A stretch of DNA of 62,973 nucleotides, the filler included, from Reticulomyxa filosa (Eukaryota > Protista > Foraminifera): NCBI GenBank assembly GCA_000512085.1. It is 13 parts of 13 records of this genome, joined end to end, with 100 filler letters (N's around TTAATTAATTAA, not from the genome) between each part and the next. Parts side by side here need not be neighbours in the genome. Positions count along the whole stretch, not along the records: positions 1 to 7,760 come from ASPP01005809.1; positions 7,861 to 8,872 come from ASPP01046220.1; positions 8,973 to 17,867 come from ASPP01023535.1; 10 more parts are not named here. The stretch is one strand, 5' to 3'. Shown here in pieces: positions 1 through 12,844 of the stretch; within the stretch, counting starts at the first letter, position 1; each line of letters opens with the position of its first letter. The notes under the pieces are model-generated. The model worked only from the letters and a program-made list of their open reading frames with translations. It made no database searches and was not told where the DNA came from. The position numbers were made by a program, and so were the translations under genes.

Positions 1-1745
1 TTTACTAACACTTTTCACTCACCAGTGTTTTCTTTTCTCGTTTTAATCTGGTGTAATCATTTCTACACATTTGTTTTCCTTTCCTTTATTTAATCTTTTT
101 CGTTGATACTTGCTCAAAAGAGCTAATTAACCTTTAGTACTACATTTAGTGTAATATTTCATCGGCAGCATACTCCCACATACTTTAATATTACTCAGTA
201 AAATTAGTTTTAAACTTTTTTTGTTTGGTAAGATAGTTTTTTTTAGCATTCAATTTTTCAAACTCCTGAGGAAAAAGAAGGATGTAGAACTTTTCAAATA
301 AATGCAAGAGAAATGATAGTATGTGCTTTGTTCTGTGCATCTATAAAATTATTTTTACTTTAGCTCTTTTCAATAAGGATATACAAGTCAAATACTAAAA
401 AATTTTTTGGTTATGCGGTTTTTTTTGTCAATACAAAGTGCAACGTTAACATAAAATATTGATATAATACAAACTACTGCCAACATACAAATAACAAAAA
501 CTCTGACCATTTTACTGTTAGAGAATTAAAGCTTTTATACCCCCATACCAAGACAGTCCATAACACACATTTGCAAACTAATTTCTTATTACAATCATTT
601 TGTGACAGTGTATTCAAATAATTTACACACTTGTCTGTAATCGATGAAAATATTGTTTATCACTTAAAGTACGGATACCACATCTTGGTATACAAATTCG
701 TTATTGTTATCACCTAGAAAAATTATTGTTACATTGTCTCAATTTTAAATTTTGAATTCCTTTTAATAAATATTTTGTCATTCAATTAATTTAATTTTTT
801 TTAATTAGATTAGAAAAATTACAAGTTCAAAACACATTAGGTATCAATTATAAAAAATATTTAAATAAAATATTTTTACTTCACAAAAATGTAGAACAAA
901 ATGAAAAATAGTTGGAATACAACGTTTAGATATTAAAATGTTGTTTTTTCACATAAAAAATTGATTATTTTCATATATTGTGTTGGATTCGATTTCAACT
1001 ATTGAATACAATTGAATCAGATATTCTGTTAGATGATGTGTGACCAGACACTTGTTTATGTTGGTAATACAGCTGAATGTTGATGTAATTCACGCTGTGA
1101 TACAGCCCAAAGTAATTTATACTTTCAAGTCAGATGTAATATTCAGCGGGATGCTCAGTTGGCAATTCGAACATCAAAGAGTAGGTTGGATTTGTTGTTT
1201 CACCAGATATTGATTTACTTTCTATCATTGCAATCCAATTCTCTTCAATATAATTTTGTGTCATTGTCAGTTGTACATTTATTTTTTATGTGTGGCTACT
1301 TACCTGTTGCGAGCTTATGAACGGTGACAGTTTTGTATGCCCAGCGTAAGACCCACTGGCACGAATAACTTTTTCTCTGGACCTCTGCAAAGTAAGGGCA
1401 ATACAGCGATTTACAATCTATTATTGATGATTTACATAAAGTAAATACCAGCAATATAAAGAGTGCAACCGTTTACGGAGAATATTGTTCAAAAAAGGAT
1501 CTAAACAACAATGTTTAAATTTGTTAAGTTTCACACAAAGTGTAACAACTCCAAATTTTCAAAATTGGATTTTATTGAAATAAATTGAAATCTATAAATG
1601 TCATTTCTTTGAAATCTGTTTGCCGATATGATGAGCAAAAAAAAAACAACCCAGTACCAACAAAAGCAACACAAAATGGATAACTAAAACAACAAACGAC
1701 AAAAAAAGTCAAGTTTGAATACTACTTCGCACAGGAACGAAGCCT

Positions 1746-3915
1746 TTACAAACGAAAGCCGAATGCAGCACTGACATCCGCCAACTGCCTCTTTTTACTC
1801 ACAAAGATATTACATCTTTTAAAAAATCAAATTGGTGCGCATAAGAAAAAAATATTTATTTATCGGACTCTCATACGTTGCTACAATATGCAATCAGTTG
1901 TTCCACCGTTATCTCTTTTCCGGAGTAGTTGCTCTTTCATTTTTTTTTTTGGAAAAAAAAAAAGAAAATAACACAAAACAAACAACCACGTATGGTATGT
2001 ATTCTTTGCATTGCAACAAACCCGAAGTGAAAGTTACAAACAAAAGAATTTTCTTGTGGGACTGACCACTTATTTAGTTGAAACAAAAAATGAAGCATTA
2101 GCACAACACTACCGTGCATACAATGGTGTGAGTCGTGAGTTTGTGAAAGGACAAACAAATTAAGAAAAAATACCATAGAAGGTGGTGTATCTTTGAAATC
2201 TTTTAATTTTCGCTCAAAGTATGTAGTGTCAACTCTTTTAAGATGATTCATACACTCATATAACCAATTTACGTGAACCACCGGTACACTCATATTCAAT
2301 GCATCTTCTACTTTCTGAGTCAAACGATCTCTGGCTATCACGTGAGTAACACTTTGATCCAAGTCACTTACACATTCGGCCCCTTTGTGTATATGTATAT
2401 AATATGTGTAAAAGGGTGGTACTTTTCTTCCTTGATTAAATGGTACAAGAGATCAAAAACCTCCTCAATGTATTGCATCACTTATTATGTAGTACAACAA
2501 AGTCTAACCGAATGTAGTTGCAAATTTCCAATGTCTGTCTCTGCTTGGATCCATTTTGCTCGGGAACAAGCCTGTGAATAAAATACGACAGTCTTTTAAA
2601 ACATGCTTTCTCATGCAATTAAGAATCAAAGAGCAGGATTTGAGTGGATGATTGCCAAAATAGAGCTGATGTAACGCCTTTGTATATTTTTGTTTGATTT
2701 CTTTTTTAACATTTTTTACACAGCAATCGATGTTGATATCCGTTGAAACAAATACACAGATACATACCTTGCACACATATTGTAGTTGCAACAACACATT
2801 ATCTTTATTTTGTTTGGTTAAGCTTTCTTCGTTCCATTGTGATGGACTGCTGTTTTTGTTTTTGGAGCTAAGACTGGCTGATTCTGAATCCGGCCAAAAT
2901 AAGTATTTCGGCACACGATGCACATCCAACATATTTACCCATATTTCCGGAGTGTCATCCACAATCATGCACGTATCTGGTCTCAGTGGTGCCAACGCCG
3001 ACACTGACTGTGTTATAAATATAAATATAAGTATGAATATGCACATACAATACATATTGTAAGAAATAAGTAGAGCGAGAGGAATTGTAGGCAATTGCAT
3101 GAATGCATATACACACCTTTTTATAGTTGTCTGATGTGTCCTATATCAATTAACAAATTGCACATGTACATTCCCTCCATTAATTATAAATTTGGAAACA
3201 AAGTTTTTTTCTCTCTTTTTCCGTATATACATATACACGCATATTTATAAAAATGAACCTTAGTAGGATCATCATGATCCTCTCGACACACAATCCGATT
3301 TCCAATGACCGTTTTGCCAGCCCAGGTATCAATAACTCGAGCCACTTCCTCTGCGTAAGGTCTGGAGCCCATGGTGTAGAGCGCCACAAAAAACATTTCG
3401 GACACGACATCGATAAATTGGTAAAAATAAGGTCGGAATTTGATAAAGTAAGTAGCATCGTAAGGATTGGGAAAGTCGATGGGATGAATATCTCGACCAA
3501 AGACAGAATGGGTCTGATAACGTTGAGCTTGGATCTCTCTTGTGGAATGCAACAAAGTGTGATCAACGTCCAAAAACAAGACTAATTTTTTGTGCGAGTG
3601 CAGTACGTCTTCGATATGTTTGGCATGGTCCGCTTTTGTCATGGTCTTCCAATTCGATGGGAACAAAGGGTCATCGTAACTGACGTCCATTTTTTTTGTG
3701 TGTGGAGATACCTGTGCCAATGGTCTTTGAGGATACGTGTCATCATGTCTCTCTTTGCCAGTTATCGTAGAAAACACATCGCCATTGTCGCCATTCTTGT
3801 ATGGCTTTTCACTGAACCAATGGAAAGATGATTGAGACGATGACATCGGCGCAGTTCTCAATGAGGCCAATGAATGGAGACCCATGTTTGATAATCGTGA
3901 GTCGACCATGTCCAC
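1746..3915 (-). CDS. FCP1: RNA polymerase II CTD phosphatase FCP1-like (HAD/FCP domain + BRCT), multi-exon catalytic part
   Basis: Motifs LVLFLDVDHTLLHS (DxDxT), IKFRPY, YTMGSRPYA and MIVDDTPEIW. A BRCT domain follows (LKDCRILFTGLFP...VTHVIARD...VVHVNWLYEC). The last exons were read by eye to a TAA near 1746. Confidence 0.9.
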
Positions 3916-5979
3916 GTCTACTTCGTGATTATTACTACTGCTATTGTTATTGCCGAAATTATTGCTGACATTGCCGCCTTTGTAAACTGCACGTTTGTTC
4001 TGTCAAAAAAAAAAAAGGTCAAACAAATCAAATGGGTCGTTGCGATGGACCGAATTCGATGCTTTGCAAAAATTTTCTTGGCTGTGAAAAAAATTGCCAT
4101 GTGCCGTCCCTATCCCCCCCCCCCCCCTCTCCCTCTCTTCTCCTTTCCTTTCCCTTTTCATTTTTCTATGTAATGTACATTCTCCAATGGAAAAAAAAGT
4201 GTTTTGAGAAGTCGTTATTCTTGCAAAGCAAAACAAAACAAAACAAAGCAAAATGTGACGATTTGAATTGTTGAGTGAAAAAGCCACGCACATATCAAAC
4301 TCACCAGTTTGTTAAGCGATGATTGCATAGACAAGGCAGAAGCAGAAGAAACGGAAGAAACAGATGCATAAGTGCTTTGATACGATTGAGTTCTTTTATC
4401 ATCGTTGTTGCTTTTGTTGCTACTATTGTAGTTCGTACCGTGATTGTGATTATGATTGTAATTGTGGTTTATTTGAACAAGCTCCGTCTTTGTGTTTGTA
4501 TCTCCTGCGCTATTAGATCTCACTTTCGTATTTAATTCATTTACTTTTTTGTCAGTTTTGTGTGTATTTTTTTGCGTTTGTTTGATGATAGTGTGTTTGT
4601 TCTTTAGTCCGGATTGTTCCATTGCAATGGCTTTTGCCTGAGACAAAGGCGAAATCGCATCGCTGTCTGCAGTTGGCACTGACTCGACGGTGGACTTGAG
4701 TTTGGATTTCAGTTTGGGTTTGAGTTTGGATTTCAATTGCTCCTGCGTTTTCTTGGCCTTGATACTCGCGGACAATTTTGTCAAGGCTTTCGAACTGGAC
4801 GTGTGCTTTGTCTGATTCGTCGTACCGACATTGTCCAAATTTTTGCTCCTCGGGATCATATGAATCGACTCTCCCATGGTCGTATTTGCAATTATCTTTT
4901 TTTTTCTTTTTCGTGGTACCTGTTGGACCCTCACCCAACAGAGAGTTTGTCGCGGTTTTTATTTTTTTCGATTTCGCGGACGTGTCTTTTGTCGCGACAC
5001 TGAGTTTGCTTTTCATTGCGTTCGAACCAGTGCCGGATTTGTCGAGTGAGTCCAAGTCCACGTTCTTTGCCGATTTTTTTTTGACTGTTTTCACCTTTTT
5101 TGTGGTGTCATGATCCATCACGCCATTTTCAACATTTGGCGGAGAATTGGAAGAGATCATCGCACTTACTTTTGTTCCGTTCAATATATCGGCGTCGGTC
5201 TTTGCTTTTGTATTGCCTATTTTCGCCAATGATTTGGCAGCTAATTTCCTTGGGCTCATTTGCTGTGAGGGTAAGATTGTTGTTGTAATCGGTGTTTCCT
5301 GAATTCATTTTTTTTAAAAAAAATACAATAGATCAATGTTATCTTGTCTTTTTTTTTTTTTTCTTGTATGCTCTCTCCTTCAAAAAACGACACATGCAAA
5401 TATAAAAACACATGTGTCCTTTCTTCAACTTTTTTGGCCATTTGTGGCTTATCCATGTTTTCATTACCAAGTTTGTCATTTCTTGGTGGAACGTACTCGT
5501 TCTTATTTTTCATCTTTTTCGGGACTGTTGCGGCTTCTTCCTTCCTCTCTGAATTACTTTCCATTGATGAGCTACCGTTTGTCTTTGTATTTGTGGTTGT
5601 GATTGCATTTGTGGATGCAGCTGTAGACATGACGGGTGGTCTTCGAACTGCACGTCGATGGGGCAGTAACTTGGAAGAAGAGCTCTCTGCAACTGCTTTG
5701 TTTGTGAGTGAAGGAGGGTCATGAAGTTGGAGTTGTGACGACGACAAAGAATGGACCGTTTTTGTAGACTCCGTTGCATGACCTTCCTCACTCATTGGCA
5801 TGTCTTTTGACAACTGCTCGATGCTGAGCCCATGACCCATCAATCAACACAAATTTATAGAGATATGTGTATATACCACATACGTATAGATATATGTGCA
5901 TATATTTTCAAACAGATGTACCTTGTCGTTGTTTGTTGCACTGATTCAACGGGAGGTACTATCACTTCTGAAGCCTACC

Positions 5980-6010
<31 letters not shown>

Positions 6011-7760
6011 ATATTGATATTAAATGGTTTATCTTTTTGAAACAAATACAGAATATACACGTATCAATTAGAGAGAAATAAATAAAAAATAACGTTACAA
6101 TTGTTGCAAGGTTAGCATCTTGGCATTCTTGAACTATCTTTGTGTGATTGTTGTCAACACAAGGCTGAATTGTACAAGAAATGTCAGGTGACATTGAAGG
6201 CTCTCTCACATCTTTGTCTTGTTGAAAGGATTTGGAAGGGACTTCAACATCCAACGCAGAGGCAATTTCTTCAATTTCGTCGTCACTGTGTTCTTCTGTT
6301 GGTTCAATTGCCATTACACGCTCTGTCATATAAGCATCATTATCATTGCTGTCAGGTATTATATCAATGTTGGTATCAGGTTGTTCATTGGTGTCATTTA
6401 CTCCAGTATTCCATGTTACGCTAGTAGGATGCTGGGAATCGCGACACGAATTATCATCACTGACGACATGTTTGTTGCTATCATCTTTCCATGATTGCAG
6501 GTCCGTGCAAGATTTGGAAAGCATAGACGTTACTTTAAATAGTTCGTTTCGCTTCGTATTGCAATTTTCATTGTCCTCGCGCTTGCCATTGACTTGACAA
6601 GACTCATTTTCACTTGGCTGAACATGGCCGTGATTGCTATCCATGGATATGCTGGTTTCTACAATTGCATCGTCGAGAGACGCAACGGCAGGAAAAAATG
6701 AATTAGCAACCGCGGTTGAACTGTCGTGTTCTCTTACTTCTTCGATGTCATTGCCAATTTCTTCACCGTCGCGGCTTTTGATATGTAACTGGACATCCAC
6801 TTTTTCGTTTTGTTTACACACCTCAACTGCAGCTGTTGGCGATGTGGCTTGCAATACCTCCTCTTCTGATGCAAAGGTATCACTGTTCGACATGCCCTTC
6901 GAACATGCCGTCAATTGGTCATGATTGGAATGAGCAGCACTTTCATGAGGATGGTTCTCCTTTCCAGGTGGAACTGCATTGAGCGGTCTTGTCTTTTCCA
7001 TTGATTCTGAGTTTGGTAAAACGCACGAGCTTACACTGTCCAATGACGTGTGAGAAGTATCATTTGCAAAGGACTGTGGCTGTGATGTGAAAGAGCTAGA
7101 GGTGGCAGAGGCGATTGCTTGTGTGGGGTACGTTAGTATATTCTGAGTTTCTACATTCACACACGATAGTTTCGTTGTGGACTCTGTCCCAGTTGACATT
7201 GCATTGTTTGACTTATGAACAAAAGAAGAAGAAGAAGAAGAAGAAGATGGTGATGATGATGCTGATAATGATGTTTGCTATTGGTATTGATATGTGTTTG
7301 AAGTGACGGACTTGTGACCACCGTTGTGTCAGATACAGGAACAAGAGAAGTGGATACAGTCGAATCGACTTGAGACGAAGGGGTAGACGCCATGGGAGAA
7401 GAGGCGTATGGAGATGCTGTGGATAATGTGTGCGTTAGATGGGTGGTGTTGTGATTGGAGGGCATTTGCATTTGCTGTTGTTCGTATTGTTGCTGCGCAG
7501 TTGCTGAGGATTGCATAAACTCCTGAATGGCAGAGATATGTGAAAACTCGGTGAAAAAAGCCCGTTCGAACGTCGTTCGAATGCGATTCGCCTCAATTTC
7601 AGAAGGGAGCAATTGAGAGTCATACCACAATTGAGGAAAATACTGTCCAGTTTGCAATGCAAATTTATACAAAAATGCTTGTCTGTCTTTTTCGTGAGGA
7701 TAAAAACTGGTGACTCGTTGAAGCTAGATATATCAAACCAAACATTACATTATTATTATT
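3916..7760 (-). CDS. Long low-complexity (S/T/K/N-rich) exons, probably the N-terminal extension of the FCP1 gene; 5' end cut by contig end
   Basis: Successive minus-strand ORFs (7157-7672, 5946-7199, 5256-5843, 4552-5259, 4215-4934) are separated by AT-rich GT-AG introns or homopolymer frameshifts. No obvious intergenic gap precedes the FCP domain. Confidence 0.55.
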
Positions 7761-7860
7761 NNNNNNNNNNNNNNNNNNNNNNNNNNNNNNNNNNNNNNNN
7801 NNNNTTAATTAATTAANNNNNNNNNNNNNNNNNNNNNNNNNNNNNNNNNNNNNNNNNNNN
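7761..7860. other. Artificial contig linker (N44-TTAATTAATTAA-N44). Identical copies at 8873-8972, 17868-17967, 19043-19142, 20407-20506, 21835-21934, 26006-26105, 27106-27205, 29978-30077, 31318-31417, 44991-45090 and 61161-61260
   Basis: All copies have the same 100-bp structure and a palindromic core giving stops in all six frames. Flanking genes are truncated at the linkers. Confidence 0.98.
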
Positions 7861-7939
7861 ATGTAGGTATTTATATTTCCTCGTTGTGATAAAAAAAAAA
7901 AAAATATTGTATATGTATATATATATATATAATAATAAT

Positions 7940-8846
7940 AAAACTTAACAATTAAAGTATCATATAAATTTTCAGTCAAAGGCCGCATTAGCCTTTGTAA
8001 AATGTTATCTTGTGTGACAATGAATTGTAGTAAGAGAGGGTTATCTTTTAATTCTTGACACAAGACGCCAGAGGAGTGTCGGAATACTTCCCGATAGGAC
8101 CATCGATCAGTGACGACTTCAATTAGTTCGGTGGCCAGCTGTTCAATGGAGGTTTTGTCTGATAGATCAGCGATAGTAGTAGCACTAGCAGTATCATTGT
8201 CATTATCAGTAATACTTTTTTGTGAATTGGAAGTAGTAGTAGTAGTAGTAGGAGAAACAAGAAAATCAGACGACAAACCAGGACCAAGATTATCAAAAGA
8301 AAGATTATCTAATTCAAAAGACAAATCAAAATCGAGTTGATGTTCGTCATCTTTATGTTCGAGCACTTGTCTTTCTTGCAAGTGTTTGGAGATACGACGG
8401 AAGAATTCATCATGCACAAACGTATCACCGCTGGATCGACGAATTTCGACCACTGATTGATATTGATTGTCACTGCTTATATATACATTTACCATAAATT
8501 CACTCATATCAAATTTATGGTACATTCGTCCAAATACATTAAATCCGTCCATTTCCCAATCCACCATCTCTTCCTTCTCCAATATTGTCAGTGTTTCCTC
8601 GATCACCTGCAGGCATTGCTTAGGCGTTTGATTGCTCGGATACGTATTGTAACGGCTCAGTGGTCCGTCCCACTTCTCTGCTTCTTTTTCTTTCTGCACC
8701 ACCACTTCCTTCTCTTTTGGTATTTGCACTGTCCCCAACACGGACGATGTTGTTGACGTTGTTGACGTTGTGGCGAATCTTGTCTTGGAATCAATTGATG
8801 ATGGATTCATTTTTGGTGCTGGTGTCGCTGTTGGTGTCATGATCAT
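7940..8846 (-). CDS. Gene fragment with a KA1-like domain followed by a helical region
   Basis: YPSNQTPKQCLQVIEETL...EFMVNVY...VVEIRRSSGDTFVHDEFFRRI resembles the KA1/CIPK C-terminal signature (V-E-x-R/K-x-x-GD). The fragment is truncated at both contig ends. Confidence 0.5.
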
Positions 8847-9329
8847 CTGCCTTTTTTTTTTTTTTTTTTTTTNNNNNNNNNNNNNNNNNNNNNNNNNNNN
8901 NNNNNNNNNNNNNNNNTTAATTAATTAANNNNNNNNNNNNNNNNNNNNNNNNNNNNNNNNNNNNNNNNNNNNATTGTGTTTCTCCATGAAAAAACACAAT
9001 CATCTCTATAAGGTGGCATTTTAGGTGTCAACTTTCTTTTTTATCTTACTGTATTATTAGTTTGTAACTTATAATATTTAATAAATGAATTTTATTTAAA
9101 TCAAATATAATAATATTATCTACATAATAAGTGATAAATAAAAATTATCTTGGAGCGCGTGCAGTGATTGGCGTAAGATACAATAATTATCATATCTTAA
9201 AATATTAATTAAATGATTTTGATTGTCTGTGAAAGGAATCATTTATTGTAATTGTTTGATTCATTTAATCCTTTTGATTTGTTATAATCACTTACACTAG
9301 TAGTCAAAAGTGTTTGAATGTTATGTTAT

Positions 9330-10050
9330 TTTTGATAATAATGAAAATAAAATTGAAACGATACAACTTTATAAAAGGATTCTATATATCAGGATTAAAA
9401 GGTATATTGAAAAACAAGAAACTTCATCGTCATATACGTTTAGCATTTGCTAAAACTTATTATGCGTGCACTGTTGATCAATTGAAGAATGTATTGTGGT
9501 CAGATTAGAGTAAATTCAATGTTTTTTGTACATGTGGTCGTAAGTACTGCTGGGAAGAATTGTGGAAGCAATTAAAGATCAAAATGTGCAACATACAGTA
9601 AAGTATTGTTGTTGATCTATCATAGTTTGTGGCTGTATGTCATGTCAATGATTTGGTTTTCTGTGCAAAATAGAATGTAATTTGGATTCTTCATTGTACC
9701 AGGACATTCTTGGCGATGAATTGATCCAAAATTTGAATTTGTATGTCATAATCTTTCGACATGACAGCGACCAAAACATACATCTAAAGAATTGATAAAA
9801 GGAAATGAAATCGATTTTTTTACTTGACTTGCACAATATATTGATATAAATCCAATGGAGAATATGTGTGAAATGAACTTGATCGCCGAATCAAAAATTG
9901 TTCAAATTTGCCAACTTCTGTTGAAAACATATTTGAAATTGTTCAAAAAGAATGTAAAAAAAGTCCAGCAGAATTCTGTCAAAAATTAATTAGTAGCATA
10001 GTCAATAGTGTCAAAGATTCGAAAAAGCTAAAGGTAGAAACAATATTATA
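9330..10050 (+). mobile_element. Decayed Tc1/mariner (DD34E-type) transposase pseudogene
   Basis: Translation through stops and frameshifts gives RHIRLAFAK...KNVLWSD*SKFNVF...TVKYCC*SIIVCGCMS...YQDIL...IFRHDSDQ...*LAQYIDINPMENMC. This matches the Tc1 consensus RLAFAK...VLWSDESKFN...TVKHGGGSIMVWGC...FQHDNDPKH...WPAQSPDLNPIENLW. Confidence 0.88.
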
Positions 10051-10487
10051 ACAAATTTAGCAAATTTGCTAAGTATGCAATACAATCTTTACATTTTTTT
10101 TCTGAGCTAACTCAACCAACAACATGTATTGTTATTTTTATTTTTCGATTAATTGGACAGCATTGGCCGATCTTAGTGCTTAAATTTGCCAAAACAAAAG
10201 AATAAACAGTGAACGTTGTTATAAATCCACTGTAAGAAAAATACTTTGAAGGCTGAGAAATACTAGAAAGGTTTATACAAGCCAAGGAAGAGAGGAGTAC
10301 ATCGAACAGATCAATGACAAATTTGAAAATTCAACATAACAAAGTTGCAACAGCAACAAAAAAAGATCTGAATACTCCAACAATAATTTCTCTCTCCTCA
10401 CTAAAGAAATCCGACTTGAGAAAAATACAAAAAAAAGTGATGAAGTTTAAGAAGAGAAGGAAGTGTAATGAGGTAAAGAGAAAAAAT

Positions 10488-11811
10488 TTATAACCCAGCT
10501 GCATTTGCGACACTAGGAAGTAGCTTTTCGATCATCTCTCTCGACTCACTGTCGTCTCGATCGAAGTGAACAGCCCAAATATAATTTTTAAGAGACCCTT
10601 TTAAGTCCCTTTTGTAGTTTTTGAGATATTTTGCATGATTTTTAAAAGGGTGAGATCGAGTCATATCTTGAGCATAGCACGATTGATATTGCTTGGCCTT
10701 TCCAAACAACATTTCAATTTCCTCTTCACATGTTCGATTGGTACCTTTTTGCATTTCGATCATGAGCATCAATCCCAAGTTGTTATACGCACTACCAAAC
10801 TCCTTATCTAAACTGATTGCAATCCGACAGTGTTTCTTGCACACACTGATACCATCATTCAACGATCGGACATTTTCTTCACTCGGCAAAACCGAGTCCA
10901 ATTCATGGGCCGACTGTTTTTTGTCTTCAACTGCCTTCTCACGCTCTATGTTCTCGTTTGATTGAGTGAGATATTGATCCGAATTTTTTCGATGGAAGTA
11001 TCCATTTCTTAAATTGAAATATTCTGTGTATTTGCCTTTCAAATAGCACATCCATCCCAAATTATTGTGCACTTCTGCTGTGGGGTTCTCTGCAATACAT
11101 TGCTTGTAATATTTCTATATGGTGTTAACACATTAATCCTTTTTTTTTATATTCGTCGTTGCATGTATGATCACATACAATTCTTTGAGCAGGCCAAACA
11201 TTTTCCAAGCCCCAGAAATTTTCAGAAATTTCTCATTTCCACCCTTTTTTAAAAAATTCTTGAAGAGAAAAAAAAAGGAAGCTGTTTTCTTCAAAAGCCA
11301 AAGGTGCTGCACGTACAATTCTTTGATCAATATGAAAATTGAAACTATCGTCATGTATTATTTCAGACATCTTTTTATTTTTAATGTCATCATTTGCCAT
11401 TCCATTAGAGGGGGGGTCACTCGTAGACGGTTTGAGAGTCATTTTCCATTCATTTGTGTCCAATTGAATATATTTCGCAATGGCTAAGCAATCATTCAAT
11501 TGTTTCAACGAGTCAAATCCCAGCTGCATTTGTTCAGAAAACTGAAACGAATTTGGAAACTGTGTTGAAAGTTCTTGAGTGTAACGAAATGCCATTCGAA
11601 CGTGTTTGACAAGGGAAAAGACGGAAAAGTATAAATCGTCATCGAAATATAGCGATTTTGATTGAAACATGCTATCCAAGAACCGGTGCAAACTTGAATT
11701 TGGCAATGGATGAGGAATTAGAAGTTTCAACTGTGTGTGTGAGTCCAATTTCTTACTGTTTCGAAGCAGTGATCGATATAGAAACAATGTCAGTTTCCTT
11801 TGTGAATTCAT
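10488..11811 (-). CDS. LYR-motif N-terminus + TPR-repeat protein (spliced)
   Basis: N-terminal LTLFLYRSLLRNSKKL...VRMAFR...QLGFDSLKQL is LYRM-like. The C-terminal part has TPR-like VHNNLGWMCY and AISLDKEFGSAYNNLGLML. Confidence 0.55.
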
Positions 11812-12844
11812 TATCAGTTTTTTTTTTATCGATATAGCAAAAATGTTCAAAGATGATATTGTGAGTCGCAAAAAAAAAAGCTTGTTCAAATTTGATATTC
11901 TTCTTTTAAAAAAAAAAATTAAAAGCAAATCCAATTCGATCTATATATGAATCATACTTAGAACATTTTAGTATTCTATAGGATAAAGTTTGTTTTGAAT
12001 AATCAATATTTTTTATGAAAATTGGATGTGATTTTTAAGATAACTTTAAAAAAAATCAGCAGCTATGCCAAGCCAAAACGTGAAGCCTGCTCCCAAACCT
12101 CACAAGTTTGCCCAAACAGACAGCCGGTATGGCCATGAACATAACTTATCTAAATTTTTATGCATCACACTTTTTTTTTGAGTTTCAGTTTTTTTGCAAG
12201 GGGAAAATCTTAATTTTTCGTCAAACAAATTGTATGATTGTGGAACTTCAGGAAGAGAATAAATATGGAATGTGATTTCTGTCATGCTTTTTATTTGGGT
12301 AATGATTATTCACAACGAATGACCAAATTTGCCTTGTGAGCGCCCTAACATTAATCTCTTGCATTTGACTGAGAAAAAATGTCTAGCAATTTCTCTTGTT
12401 TTTTGTGCTCTTGAGCAGTATACTTATGCAGATGTAGTTTTTATTTCTTTTTCGATAATAACAATACATGAAAACAGTTCAATAAGAAGTTTGAAAAGTA
12501 AACTACGCTTATGAAGGACAAAACAGTCAGTTTGTCGCCCCTTTCAATGAAAGAAAAAAGTGTTAGGAAATAACTTGAATAAAGTTTATGGCCTTTGGCC
12601 ATAAATGCAGTAAATTAAACTCAGGGTCTCTGTTTTTTGTATTTTTATGTTATTGTAGGAAACAAATTATTGTATCGCAAACCAAAACAAACATCACTCT
12701 CTGCAGATGTACAAGTTCTCTGGTTGGCAATAGCCAACATTGAAGGGTCACGACTGTCAAAAAGCCACGTCAACAAAAACGATCTGGATACTGCGTTGTT
12801 TTGTGAACAACAAAAACCATAGACAGAGACAATAAAACTTACAT

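Noticed and set aside
1000-1470. Possible small two-exon minus-strand gene with a hydrophobic start
   Set aside because: It has no start codon, contains an internal TGA and shows no recognisable homology.
4880-4910. Programmed ribosomal frameshifting at poly-A runs (also near 7230, 11245, 44220 and 50530)
   Set aside because: Homopolymer-length sequencing errors are the simpler explanation in this assembly. It cannot be supported without reads.
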